Below are positions 25,459-38,792 of a stretch of 64,000 nt of DNA, piece after piece. The stretch lies in NCBI GenBank assembly GCA_043228905.1, contig JBHGNT010000009.1, forward strand, positions 7,936,001-8,000,000. The letters run 5' to 3'. A program made the position numbers and the translations under genes. Under the pieces are notes generated by a model. It saw only the letters and a program-made list of their open reading frames with translations. It had not been told where the DNA came from and made no database searches. The stretch is from Azolla caroliniana. Its lineage: Eukaryota > Plantae > Polypodiophyta. Position 1 is the stretch's first letter. Each line of letters begins with the position of its first letter.

Positions 25459-28400
25459 CTATTTTCCGACATAGGGCATCACTCCAACTAATGAAGAAAG
25501 ACTAGCTAGATGGTGTCTTAAGAAGTCATAGACAAGTTCGGTTGCATCAGCAACCACTCTCACCACAAGACCATCCTCCTGCAAATGAATAAACAGAAGC
25601 TTTTTGGTTCTCGTTCAACCAACATGAATGCTTACTAGAAATCAAAATAAATGGTTCATGCAAGACCAATAAGCTCCATAGAAAGAATAATATCACACCT
25701 TGTTATATGAGCATATATATATAGCTATATAGCTATACTATTAGAAAGTTGATTTAAGGCTAGATTGTTGGGCTAGATATTTTATATTGTGGCTCTGTCT
25801 ATATCTATAGATAGATAGATAGATAGATACATGTATTTATTTATTTGGTAGATTGTTTCCTCCGAATTACTTGTACCCATGGTTCCTATATCATTGTACT
25901 TTGACCACAACCTAGTTACGTAGGGAAGCTATGTAGCTTTGGCACAATTAATGTTTGCTTGATTTTACCGTACTTCTCTAAGATTCACATGAATGTAACT
26001 TTTTGGTCTTACAGTTGCTTCTGGAACAATGTTATGTTCTAGAAAACACTTACTTTTGGGCCAAAGGTACTACATGACACGATGAAGCTTGAACTAGGAA
26101 CCTTTGCCTTCACTCTTGCATGAGATTTTGATCTGAGCTCCCTATTATTCATTTGTTGTATGGAATTTCGTAATTGTTTGCATAAACTCTGCACCTTTGG
26201 CCTATAAAAATATGTTTGATGTTTATGCATGAATCATTGTCAGAAAATCAAGGCATTTACCTTAGTAGTGAAACATTTATTAGAATCACCATGGCGTTAT
26301 TTTGGGGATTGTGCAAAAGTAATCTACACGAGTGCATCTCAGGGTCAATGTGAAGTTGCGAATGTATTGTAATTGGTGAAAAGAGAAAGCCACTTACCCA
26401 TAGAGAGTCACCATTGCAATAACATGAAAGGGCTTCATTCTACTTGAGATGGTGGAATTGGCCTCATTCTCTAGGCACATCTGGAAACCACAACTTTTAG
26501 CATGACTATAAAAGCATACCTAATCAAATTGAGTTGATATTAGTAGCAACAAGTGATTACAGAATGGCATTATTAGGCGTTTGTCTAGTGGTATTAATCA
26601 ATTTCCCTATAACTACCCATAGTTTAAGAGTTCAAGTACCAACTACTGCCCCTAAGCCATTTGTATTATCTCCCTACTATGTAAAAATAACAAGACATTT
26701 TATGCCAAAGAGCATTTGTACATTATAGGAGTGTCTTCCATTAAGTAGATATCCAACAATTTTTCTTACAGATTAAAGCGGTCGCAATGTAATAATTTAA
26801 ATTTATTTTACCATGACGCCTCCGTGGCAAATTCTATGATTTACATACACCATTTTTGGTTGCAGGTTTGATTTTTGCGTTTATAAAATTTCTTCATAAT
26901 TGTTAGTTTGATATCATGCATACTATCATCAGTTTATTCTTTAAAAAAAAAGATTTACAACATTGACATTGACACATTCTCTATGATACAAAGTGTGAAA
27001 ATAAGAGCATTGTGCTGTAAAAGGTGATCCCAAAAAAGGCAAGTTATTACCGAATCTAGGAACAAAGGCTTCCCGGACAGCATGATGTGGTTTGTGCTTC
27101 TATAATGATTGAAAGACCAGATTTCACCTCGTTCTCTTCGCCCACTTGTGCACCAGTCAACTAGGACCAAGTTTGCATTTGCATCATCCAAGTAAAACTT
27201 CTGGAATTGTTCATATTTAGCCGCTGAAAAGCATGTCACCGGGTCGGGAAGCATTACCAAGGTGCCTCCACTTTCTATAGAAACCTGATAGGACAATAAT
27301 GAATGATTCTCCGCATCATGAAAACATGCCTCTTTTATTTGAACTTCAACCCATGATGACTCAAGAGAATATATGAAGATTTCCAACAGAAACCATGCAC
27401 CTTTCACAAGGGGGGGAATACCTCTTATAAAGAAATACAAAGTTCATTGGATGACATCGACAATTCTTATTATACCTTCGACAGTGATTATGTCTCCTTC
27501 AGTTTACAATGCACTACTTATACCTGAGGTTATGTTTCATTACTGTACCATGCATCAGAGGATAGTTATATCTCTGGTCTCATAAATCATTTTGGCCTTT
27601 CGCGTTAAAATCACTTCAATGTCATGTTCTCTCCTTTGTTTTAGCAAAAAATGATAACATTAATAATATATACCTGAAGGAGTTGTTTTGATAGTAGTCC
27701 ATCAATTGACTTATAAATCTGCAAAACTAAAGGAAATTGGCAGTTAAGAAAAAGAGTAACCATCAATAACCTTTCATGCATCCAATACATAAAAAGAATC
27801 TTTACTGATACATTAATTACCAAGTTACCAACCTTTGTTGATGCTTGTGTTGTGAAGGCACACGTGCAACATGCACCAACTTTCATTTTGATATAAATAG
27901 AATCACCCTGTCACATTATTAGCATCAATCTCTTAACTAAGATCATTTTTATGCATTAAAAGAACCAGCAAAGTTTTATTTAACATGCTCTTTCCAATAA
28001 ACGTATTAAAACTGCTGCTATTTATAACAGTGAAATACAACTTCACATTAAAGCATTTCATGTTATTCAGCTCCAAAAAGTACAGTGTAATTTCAATCAA
28101 AATCACAAAATAAGAGTTTCATATAGGGGCATCCAGATAATTGATTATAAACATCTAATTCCATGATGAAAATGAAGTTTCATACAGGGACATCTAGATG
28201 TTAATCAAATTGCACGTTGAAAAAGAAAAACACCAAGCAAGCAGTATTTCCTCTGAGTCAAACTTATTGTAAGGAGGCAGAAGAGATAATTGTCTTCTAT
28301 TTATCTCATCTCAATTGTATGCCTTCAATGAAAACCGTTCTATTGATGCGCAGATCACAGAAATAAATACAGCAACAACCTCAAACTACAAAGAAGCAAA

Positions 28401-29393
28401 TAATTTTGCATATCAATTAAATTATAATGCAATTTAGAAGATGAGAGAGTATCAGTTCCATGGAAGCTATTGAATATTGATTGATTATTGTTTAAAATAA
28501 ATCCATATTTCGATTGCCTATATATTTAAAATAATAATAACTATTTTTTACTATTTTTTATTGAAATTAATTTATATCAAAGGAAGCCTATCTACATATT
28601 GGAAGACATCTTTTTAGTAAACATTTTATCATGGAAAAATGATATTCACCTACCGAAACAATACCTCCACCATAAGACAATGCATAAACCCAGACAACAT
28701 CTGAAGAAGGAGCAACCTGTCACATTAAGAATTGCCAAGATAAAAGAAAATCAATTGAATCCACAAAAAACATTAAATAATCAAATGTAAGTTACATATG
28801 TTCCTAGACCTATGCAAGCAAGGAAACTTAAGCTAAAGAAAAATCAACATGGAAAACGTTACAAATTTCCCCTGCACAGTTATACAAGATTTTATCTCAT
28901 CTAAATTGTCATTCATCAGGTTTGAAGTGAATCAACTCAAAATAAAGAAAGATATTATTAACGCATTTTAAGTGGCCAAAACAACCTATCAGACCAAATG
29001 AGAGATTACATCTTAAAAAGAGGTCTTATCTTTGAGAACAACAAACCAAAATGAATATAACTAGATTAACAAAACTACCAGGCAGAAAGAAAGAAATATT
29101 AGTGATTTTTATGTGACCAAAATGGCCTATAAGACTGAACAAGAGAGAAAGAAAAAAACAGAAAAAAGGGAATAACTAAGAAGCCAAATACATGGTCCTA
29201 AGTATGGCATATTCAAATAAGTAAAGAGAGACTTAAACAAGAAACTAGCATGCAGCTGTTTTACCTTACTTGGAATGATCAGTTTGAGAGGGTATTTGGA
29301 AAATGATCGTATTGTTGCTGATTTTCCTGCAACATGTTCCACCTCGAAGCATCCTGTAACTTGTGTGTTTGCAAATTCAGATTGATCTTCCAT
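25459..29393 (-). CDS. UreD: Urease accessory protein D, multi-exon
   Basis: Exons include 29393-29265 (SFSKYPLKLIIPSK), 28716-28654 (VWVYALSYGGGIVS), 27907-27833 (GD...TTQASTK), ~27284-27052 (LPDPVTCFSAAKYEQ, LVDWCTSGRRERGEIW) and last exon 25578-25459 (GLVVRVVA...MPYVGK*). Confidence 0.9.
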
Positions 29394-29999
29394 TTTATAC
29401 AGTTGAGGCACTTATATGATGAATTTGAAGAAATTCCACTGTAAAGTTGCCCATGTTTCTTAAGATCACAACATTAATGATTAGTTAGTTACAAACTCAT
29501 ATACTTGTTCACATATCTCAGCAACTTCATGAAGGCAAAAATACAAAAGAACATAACACATACAATTAGTTATTTGCAAGAATTCAAATACTTGTGACAT
29601 ATCTGGTATAACTTCCACATTTCTCGTACCATGTTTGTCTGAAAATTTTGGAGAGACATCAAAGATTTCAGAAAATAAGAGACCTCAAGAAAGAAAGAAA
29701 AATATACTAATGTCATTTTAAGAACACCAAATGGCATATGCGACTGATTGAGAGATTACATCTTAAGTGTTTTCTAATCTTTGAGAATGAGAAAACAAAA
29801 TAAATTTAGCGAAATAGGTAAAACAGCTCATCATGCCGGATAAATTTGTTAGCTAAGCACCACATTTTGAGCCTAGATAGACTGAAATTTTTGCCTCTTA
29901 AATATCTCCATAGTGGAAAGATCTCAGAAGTGAGATGTTAGGTGATTATGACTTCGACTTGTTGATATCAAGAATGTCAAGGCCATGGTCTAGGTGTGC

Positions 30000-31260
30000 A
30001 TGATGAATTGTTGTTGCCCACTCTATTGTACCCCTTGTAGAGACCCTATTTCTGTAGCCCATTATTTATTTATAGCATAAAAAGGTATGACAGAGCTAAA
30101 GAAAGTTGTGATACTTTATTTGTTTATGAGCTTTTTTGGTGGGATCAATGTCCTTGAACATTTCTCTATGTCTCTTGATTTGCAGCAAGAACAGTCCCAA
30201 AAATCATTGGTCTTCATATTCCATTATTTTGTAGAATGTGTCAAAGCCTTGTTGGAAGACAAAATGATCTCCCCCCCTAATTTCATAACACAAATTACAA
30301 TGGCAAACATAATGTTCCTTGTCCAATCCTCTACCTCTCTACTTTGTCCCCAATATATGTGATGGTGCCTCTTCTAACACTCTTAAATGACACTATAGAC
30401 ATGGTCATTCTCAACAAACACACCAATTCAGACAAACAGAAACCAGAAATGGAGTCTTGGAATATCTGAAGGATGCAACATGGCAAGATATCAAGCACTT
30501 CATATACCAAGTCAAAAGTCCAAAAGAAATGGTGTTCCTTACCTTATGCACACTGATATTTGTAAACCCATGCCAACCCTTTCACTCATAGGATCTTTGT
30601 ATTTCCTTAATTTTTTGGAGAATTACTCACAGATCAATATTGTGACCTTTCTCAAAAAATAAACTTGTTCTGCTGAATTGCCTAAAAACATATTCTTTAT
30701 ACAACTAACCCACTAAAATGATAAAGCTGAGAAGAAAATTAGATTTTTTATGGAATTTGCTTGTTCACTGAAGAAAAACTGTAGAAGTGCTCAATTCATG
30801 TTGGAAGTAAATCGTACCCACAATATTCTACTTCCATATTCCAAACTCTTTATTAGGCATACCTATCATTTCACACTTCACGGTTTTGGATGAAAATTTT
30901 CTTGTTATATTCCTAAGGGAAACAGAGACAACTTGGATAGACAAAGCAAAAACATATCTGTTCAGCATAAAGTGCTACTAGTTTTACAATCCCTTCACTA
31001 ATCAGTTCGGATTTTGTGGGACCTGAATTTTTTATGAAATGTCCCTAATCTCGTCTCCATGTAGCTTTACCTCTCCATGTAACTTTAACTTTCCATGTAG
31101 CTTTACCTCTCCATGTAACTTTAACTTTCCATGTAGCTTTACCTCTTTAAGATCCCCAAACAGTGCTACAGATCCCTTAGGTGAAAAGTATGATGTTACC
31201 AAACATCTCCATCTTATCAACCAGCCAATTATTCTAGCTGTTGAAATGCTTCCTTAATGC
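30000..31260 (+). mobile_element. Highly degraded Ty1/copia remnant
   Basis: HTDICKPMPTLSLIGSLYFLNF resembles the copia integrase start; remainder is fragmented; boundaries approximate. Confidence 0.5.
31056..31146. repeat. 18/36-bp minisatellite
   Basis: Alternating tccatgtagctttacctc and tccatgtaactttaactt units. Confidence 0.85.
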
Positions 31261-33449
31261 AACCTCTCATCATAAATCTTGCCTAGAAATGGGTATTTCT
31301 GTTTCGAGCCTAGATTGCAAAGTTCCAAAAGAATAGCCTCGAAGAAAACTCCAAAAAGAAGGGGTTTTGCTTATGTGTTCATACTGTTTGACATATATAA
31401 TGCTTTGTGAAACAACTATGCCTCCAATGACGAAGACAGAAGCAAAAAAATGGCTCCACACTTAACTGCAACAGCTCAAGCAACTCGTTAAAGAGTGTGG
31501 ATTCCATAAAACTTCCATAATATTGAGAATTAAGTAGCATTTTTCTGAGATCTGACCGCTGAATAGGTATTCAATTTCACACTACTTTGGTCAAAGTTCC
31601 AACGCAGATGGGATTCACTTACCACACCATATTTGAGCTGAGCATATGCAATCAATCTTGCTTTGCATTGATCAATACTCCAAAGCAAATGGAATAACAC
31701 TAACCGAGAGAAATTTGAACTCCACGTGCATAAAAAAATCTTGAATCATGTTGATCAATAGTCTAAAGCAAAAGGAAAACACTAATGACAGGAAATTTGA
31801 GATCTACATGAATAATCAATATTGCATTGATCAACACTTCAAAGCAAAATGAAAACACTAACCACATGAAATTTCAACATACATAATCAATCTGACATCA
31901 CTTTGATAGATAACAATATCACTTCAGATAGATAATAAATCTTGCATCACATAGATCAATACTCAAAAGAACAAAGATAATTGATAAATATATTGATTAT
32001 AAGTCATCATGTCTCAAGGATCATATTGATTATAAGTCCTCATGTCTCAAGGATTTCAGCAAAGAAATGATGGGGGATCTTGAAATTTCGACAATCATTG
32101 GAACTCCAATTACCAAATCAAGTTGATGATTTCTTAACAAAGATTACACCTAGTCCCAACTATTTAAGCAATGTTCCAAATCTACTAGTCTCAAAACAAA
32201 ATAGAAATCACAGTTCTTTTAACTCACAAAAGTTTATCCATTTGGTATGCGCTCCAACACAAAATTTATGCAATCAATTGAAATTAAGTTTAAACAGATT
32301 CTTTTCTCTCACAATTTATCCACTTTAGATAGTGCCCACTTCATGTCTCATCCATGCAAAATTTAACAGAATACTCCTAAGTAATGAATATTTGACAGAA
32401 TACCCTTCTTCAGTACACAAAGGTTTACTACTAGTGATGGTTGTTCTGGTAAATCTTCGGGGTATTGCAGTAAATATCTAACAAAAAGATAGGTGTTTTC
32501 CTTTAAAATTAAAACTCAGCTCAAGATATGAAGCTAAATTTAGGGAGTGTACATGAAAAATGCATCCTTTTTTATCTAATTATCTAAGTTAGATTTTTTT
32601 CTTCTTCTAACATACCTCATAAGAAGATCTTAGGATCCACGATCTACTGAACGACAGTTACTTCTTTCCGACAACCGTCATGATCTTATCATCTGGCATA
32701 CAAGTAGTATCTATCTGAGTCTTGTAGATCCCATCTATATATTCATAGTCATCTCTTGTATGATAAGAGAGAGGATTGGTGGGGGAGGGGTGGATGTGGA
32801 TGTGTATATTTATGTGGATGTGGTACCATGGCTCATAAATGAGATCTACTGCTGCTACAAATTGCCGTGTGGAGATTGACCTTTTTCCGAGATCTTGAAA
32901 TTGTGCATTGGGCACCATTTTCCGAGTAACTTCGGACATTATATGGGGATGCCAGATTGTCCATGTATGTAACTACGGACATTGTATCCCTAGGGATGCA
33001 CACACTCCATCCGAATGAAGTGCTCGCAGAAGTTGTGTTTCCCCACTCGAAATAAAGAGGGGACAAAGTTGTTGGTACTTGTTTTTCCTAGAAATCGCAT
33101 GTTTTCGTAACATGTATGAGATTTTGCTCCATTATTTCGAAATAAGCTTGAAAAACATGCCAAGGCCTTTTCAAATTCTATGCTCATGGCAATTCAGTAC
33201 TTTCAATATAGTCGACAAAAGGATTTTGGAGAGATGAAAAGTGTTTTATGGAGAAGGAAAAGGGCTTATAATGATTAAAGGGGCGTAGAGAGAGGGAAAG
33301 GACTTAGAGAGATGAAAAAGGGGTTCAAAAAGGATGACAAGGAGTTGTATAGATAGAGATGGTTAAGGTTAGGGTTTTAACGAGTCCATTGGAGAAAATA
33401 GGCATTGTTGGATAGGGAGCACGAAATTTGTCCAAATAGGCAAAAGTGC

Positions 33450-35105
33450 TTCCCAAACCTTCAGCCAGGAAATCTATGAGAAAGAGATGCACTTAGTCTC
33501 TGTACAAATGTTGTAGTGAATGAGCAAGTCCATAATAAGTGTGGGATTGTTTCCAATCGTCCACCACATCGTGCACAATGTGGCGAGGCTATTGATCACT
33601 TTTAAAGATTTGACCCAGTCAAGAGCACACCCAATAGGCATCTCCATAGGAATACATGTTGCACATAAATAGCAAGAATATCATTCTAATCCAAGAAATT
33701 ACTTAGCTAAACATTAATGTTTGTAAAACCCACCTCATCTTTTTTTATTTGTTGTTTTAGTAGCGAAGGCACTATTTGCTTCTCCTTCCCTCGTTTCACC
33801 ACAATATTAGAAAGAATTGAGGTAGATACAGGAGGTATCAGCCAATTTGAAAAAAAATCGTAAGTGTAAGACCATAGCTCCATAAGCTTGTAAGCCCATT
33901 TTTCCATTAGGACTATGTTTTTTGTAGGTGCCATAATGCATTTGCATGTTCTTGAAACCAAGAGGCAGGTTGCAACAACTTATATACTGAATGTGTTGTA
34001 ATCTTATCCATTGGAATTACGATGTTGCCATTTTGTAACATCCAGTCCTGAATCTTGTGATCTCCATCTAGAGGTGGCACATGTACTAAAGAAAGTACCA
34101 ACTCTATGACTTGATTTTAGATAACTCGATGATGTGGCCCAAGACTATAACAACACGTCATGTCATTGAAGCCTAATAGGTGACCTTGGTCATTTACAAC
34201 ATCTGAAATTGATTTCAGCCGATTCTTTGCTAAAAAATAAGATTTTCTAGGCTCTTGTTCAGTTAGTGATAGTGGGAATATAACACTCCAATGTAAGCTT
34301 TTGAGGCATAAAGAGTTCTCTAATTTTGAATTCTTGCCTCTCCATTTTATGTGGTGTAATACTTCCTTCAAGTGCTTTAGAAGCTTTGAACTAAATGGAC
34401 ATCCTTTGATGTGTCCCCCAAGTTTTCCAAACACTACATCCCAATTGTTAGTATCCCATGAGCCAAATGAGTGAGTTTTCAAATTATCAAACATATCTTA
34501 TAGCATTCTTGCCCAAGGCAGTGTTTCTTCATCGAATTTTGGTAGTGAAGTTGCTTTTCTAGCCAACATATGCAGCTGCAAATTAAGAATATTTAGTCCT
34601 CCACACAGTCATGGAGTGCAGCATATCTTCTCTTGTGATAGGAGTCGTACACCTTTACACGACTGCTTAGAGCACCAAAAGTTTCTTATGATTTTTGAGT
34701 TAATCTTTTGTACCATGTGTTTGAGCCAATCAATCATAATTAAGTGTTACTCCATGTAAGCCATTAATATAGATTGCACTATCCTCAATCGGACATGAAG
34801 CGGCCATGTTGCAATCTTCCAATAGCTTAACTTTTATCTCACTTTTTGCAGAACTCATTCAACCTTTCCTTTCCCAGTTGCATTCCATCCCAATGGATAT
34901 CCAAGATGTCTAACCATTTCATTTGGGTTAACGACTTGGCCTGGCCACAAAAGTTGATGCCACAAACGATTTTGGGCACTTTGGGACCATTTGGATGGCA
35001 TGCAATAATAAAAGGTCTTTGATTGAAACCAACTGCATGAAGTTAGCTTCTTTAAGCAATCCCTCAGACAATCCCTATTCGATTGTCTACAACTTAGAGA
35101 CATGA
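33450..35105 (-). mobile_element. Degenerate L1-type LINE ORF2 C-terminal part
   Basis: VRHLGYPLGWN, ...KLSYWK..WPL..RLRIVQSIL and GGLNILNL are typical post-RT L1 segments; many stops and frameshifts. Confidence 0.7.
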
Positions 35106-35156
35106 CGCTACAAATTTACACTCTTTATTTTGAGTGATTCTAAGATCTTTAGTGTC

Positions 35157-35304
35157 TAATCGACAAAGAAAACCGTTAGACCGTTTAAACCGCGGTTTCT
35201 GACTGCCAAACCGAACCGAACCGTTAAAAAGAATCTAAACCCGAAACAAACCGTTTAAACCGTTAAGCCGCGGTTTCACGGTTCGGTTCCGATGCCGATT
35301 GTTA
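35157..35304. mobile_element. Short hAT-like element or terminus just upstream of the thymidine kinase gene
   Basis: Dense AACCG/CCGTT motifs ending in TGCCGATTGTTA, related to the TGCCGATTCCTA TIR. Confidence 0.5.
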
Positions 35305-35488
35305 TATCATACATACATATAATGTATATGTATAGATAGAGATAGAGATAGATAGATAGATAGATAGATATACATAATTAGTTTAGTTACCCCCTTCCCC
35401 TGTTCTTTTGCCTCCTTCGTCTTCGTGTTTCCCTCTTCCTCTCTGTCTTTTCCAACACTATATTCCTTTTGCTTCTTGCTAACAAATT

Positions 35489-37401
35489 ATGCAAAGGGTC
35501 TGTTGCTTCCACAGGGATGCCCTCATGTTCAGCAGAGCCCTCCATGGAGAGCTCTCTGCCTCCCGTGCTACCAACAAAAGGATGAGGTACTGGAATGCTC
35601 TGCTCTTCCCTCGCAGCCAGGGCTTCATCAGGAGACGCTCATTCCAACTTGAAGCTACGCTCAATGTACAAGACACAGAATTAGCTCATCATGACAAACA
35701 GCAACATCACCACAAGCAGCTGAAAAAAATAGAAGAAGAAGAAGAAGAAGAAGCAGCAGCAGCAACAGCTGTAATCCATGGCAGCATTCATCTCATCATC
35801 GGTCCCATGTTTGCTGGCAAGACCACTGCCCTCCTTAAAAGAGTACAAGCAGAATCAAACAATGGAAGGTATACATTCTTTACCCCCCCCAGGTTTTTTA
35901 TTATTTTAATTTTGGTTCTACTTATTCATTATTATTTACTCCGCATTTTCCGTTTGGATTGTGTGTGTGTGTATATATATGTGTGTGTGTGTGTGTGTGT
36001 ATGTATATATATGTATGTATATGTATATGTATACGCATCTGTAATCTGTATGTATGTATGGTGTGCATGTAATTGTGTATAATGTATCGTGTGTGATTCT
36101 ATTTGTGTATGTGCATTTGTATCACCTATTCTAATGTCTTGTGCTGTTTGATCTGTAATTGCTTAGGTTGCTTCCTTGGAGTAATATATGGTTTTTGAAG
36201 GTTGAAACAACAAATCATCACATGATTTTGAGTTTTGAGACATGGTTGTTGATACCGTGGTTTTTATATTTTGCAGAAGAGTTGCAATGGTAAAGTCAAG
36301 CAAAGATACAAGGTATGCATCAACTGCCATAGTTTCTCATGATAACATGCAAATGCCATGTTGGTCGGTGCCATCGTTAGCGAGTTTCCGGTCCCAAATA
36401 GGTGAAGCTGCCTATTCTAAGGTATGTACCTTTTTGTGCTTCTATTACTAATGTATTGTTGTAAATGTGGACTGGTGCACCCTGGAAAGAATAAAAAATT
36501 AAAAAAAATTATGATTTGTTTTTTACTGTTTTGGCAGTTGGATGTCATAGGAATTGATGAAGCTCAGTTTCTCACGGATCTTGTCAGCTTTTGTCAATTT
36601 GCTGCTGATTATGAGGGCAAAACCCTTATTATTGCCGGCTTGGATGGTGATTTCTTGAGGTTTCTCTCTTTCTCTCTCTGGTTCTTATGATATTGTATTC
36701 TCTCTCGGTTTTGTGGACCATTTTGGTGTCTTTAGTAAAATCTTTTAGATGTTTATTGAGAGTTTTCATGTTTTACTACCATATCATTTGCACCGTTTCT
36801 TGAGAGTTTGGAACTGAGTATTTATATGTTTATAACCTTATCATTTGCAGTTTCTCGTGAGTTTCTAACCATATCATTTGCATATCTCTTTAGGGTATTT
36901 AACCATCGCATTTGCATATTTCTCTTTATGCTTCATAACCATGCCGTTTGCATATTTCTTCTTGAGAGTTCATGTGATCATATCATTTGCATTATTTTTC
37001 AAGGTTGATCTTCCTTGTCGCATCCTAAAATTTTGGTGTCTTTTTGCCTTAAATATGCCTTGAACTCGATTGTTTGTTTCATGAAGCCAATGAATCAAAC
37101 TTCTTTTTTTATTCTTATGACACTGTTTAACATGTGAGCTAAAAACTTATTCAGGAATAGATTTGGATCGGTTCTGGATCTGATACCAGTTGCTGATAGT
37201 GTTGTCAAGTTATCGGCAAATTGCGAATTGTGTGGGAAACCTGCATGCTTTACATTTAGGAAAAGTGATGAGAGGCGAAAAGAATTGATTGGTGGTGCAG
37301 ACACCTATATGCCTGTTTGTCGACGACATTATTTTAGCGGGAAGATTGCCATGGAAACTGCTCAAACAGTCTTGGGTGCTCACAAACTTCCAGTGATTTG
37401 A
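35489..37401 (+). CDS. TK1: Thymidine kinase (TK1 type) with N-terminal transit-peptide-like extension; 4 exons (35489-35868, 36277-36421, 36538-36659, 37155-37401)
   Basis: [10 protein letters not shown]-loop, [28 protein letters not shown] and [15 protein letters not shown] motifs; GT-AG junctions keep the frame. Confidence 0.93.
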
Positions 37402-37414
37402 TTAATGCTAACTG

Positions 37415-38017
37415 AGTTTGTTCATGAACCGTCGGTAAGTGATGGGATGAGTATTATATGATTCGTGAACCTTGGTCCATCTTCGGCTGTTATGGAATGA
37501 AATTTATTCATGAATCTTGGTCCATCTTCAGTTGAAATGGAATGAGAATGTGATTCATGAACCTCGGACTTGGTTCATCTTTGGTTGTAATGGAAAGAAA
37601 TTGATTCATTAACCTTGGTCCATCTTCAGTTGAAATGGAAAGAAATTTATTCATGAACCTTGGTCCATCATCAGTTGAAATGGAATGAAAATGTGATTCA
37701 TGAAGCTCGGTCTTGGTCCATCTTTGATAGTCATGGAATGAATATGCAATTCATGAACCTTGGTCCTGTGTCCATCATCTGTAGTCATAGAATGAATATG
37801 TCACTCATGAACCGTGGTCCGTGGTTCATCTTTAGCAGTAGTGGAATGGATATATGACTCATGAACTTTGGTCCATCTTTGGTAGTGATGGAATGAATGT
37901 GTAATTCATGGATGTTGGTCCATCTTCTGTAGTACTTGAATGAACACGTTATACACATACCTTGGTTCATCTTTGGTAGTAATGGAATGAATATGTGATG
38001 TGTTAACCTTGGTCCAA
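37415..38017 (+). repeat. Degenerate ~45-55-bp tandem array immediately after the TK stop codon (~12 units)
   Basis: Recurring ttcatgaaccttggtccatctt...atggaatgaa. Confidence 0.85.
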
Positions 38018-38521
38018 CCTGCGCACTTGCGCTGGATTTTCCCTCATAATCTCTATGATTTTTATTATTTCTTATGAAGATATGTCCAAGTTTTGACTAT
38101 ACACTCATGTTTGAATGTTTCTCATGAAAAATTTCATGAGCTTTTACTACACTTTTATTGGGTAGTTTCTAATGAATATGGAATGTGTAAAGAATGGCGC
38201 AAAGCTAGCCTAACTCTTAAGCGTCTATGGTAAAGTGTTGCAAGACACGAGGAGCAAGTAGTTTGTAAGTTTCTATCCATTGAAATTTGTCTAAGTAGCC
38301 TTAATGAGGACATGGACAAAAATGTAAACAGAAAAATGTGTCGTAAGTTGTGTCCTACAGAACACTAATACACAAAGCTACATTGTTTCCAAAGTTTATG
38401 TAATGCAGTACTAATAAGATAGTGTGGATGTTAGTAGAGATGCAACATAGAGGATCATCTCTTATACATACAATTGCTGAATTTGTCGATCTTTAACAAA
38501 GATATTGAAAATAACCAAATT

Positions 38522-38792
38522 ATTTTTTTGTTTAACGTTGTGCAAATAGGGTCACATTTCTTTCAAGCTATGATGATTCCAAAGCATGAAGATAAATGCT
38601 ACATGTCATGAACATATGATGGTTGTTACAATATACTCTCATTTGGTAAAGCTTTTATTTTTTTGTTTAACGTTGTGCAAATAGGGTCACATTTCTTTCA
38701 AGCTATGATGATTCCAAAGCATGGAGATAAATGCTACATGTCATGAACATATGCTGGTTGTTACAATATACTCTCATTTGGTAAAGCTTTTT
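38522..38792. repeat. ~136-bp tandem duplication
   Basis: tttttttgtttaacgttgtgcaaatagggtcac...ctctcatttggtaaagctttt occurs twice, with few mismatches. Confidence 0.88.

Noticed and set aside
37415-38017. CRISPR-like array after TK
   Set aside because: Linkers are homologous, so this is a degenerate tandem repeat without unique spacers.
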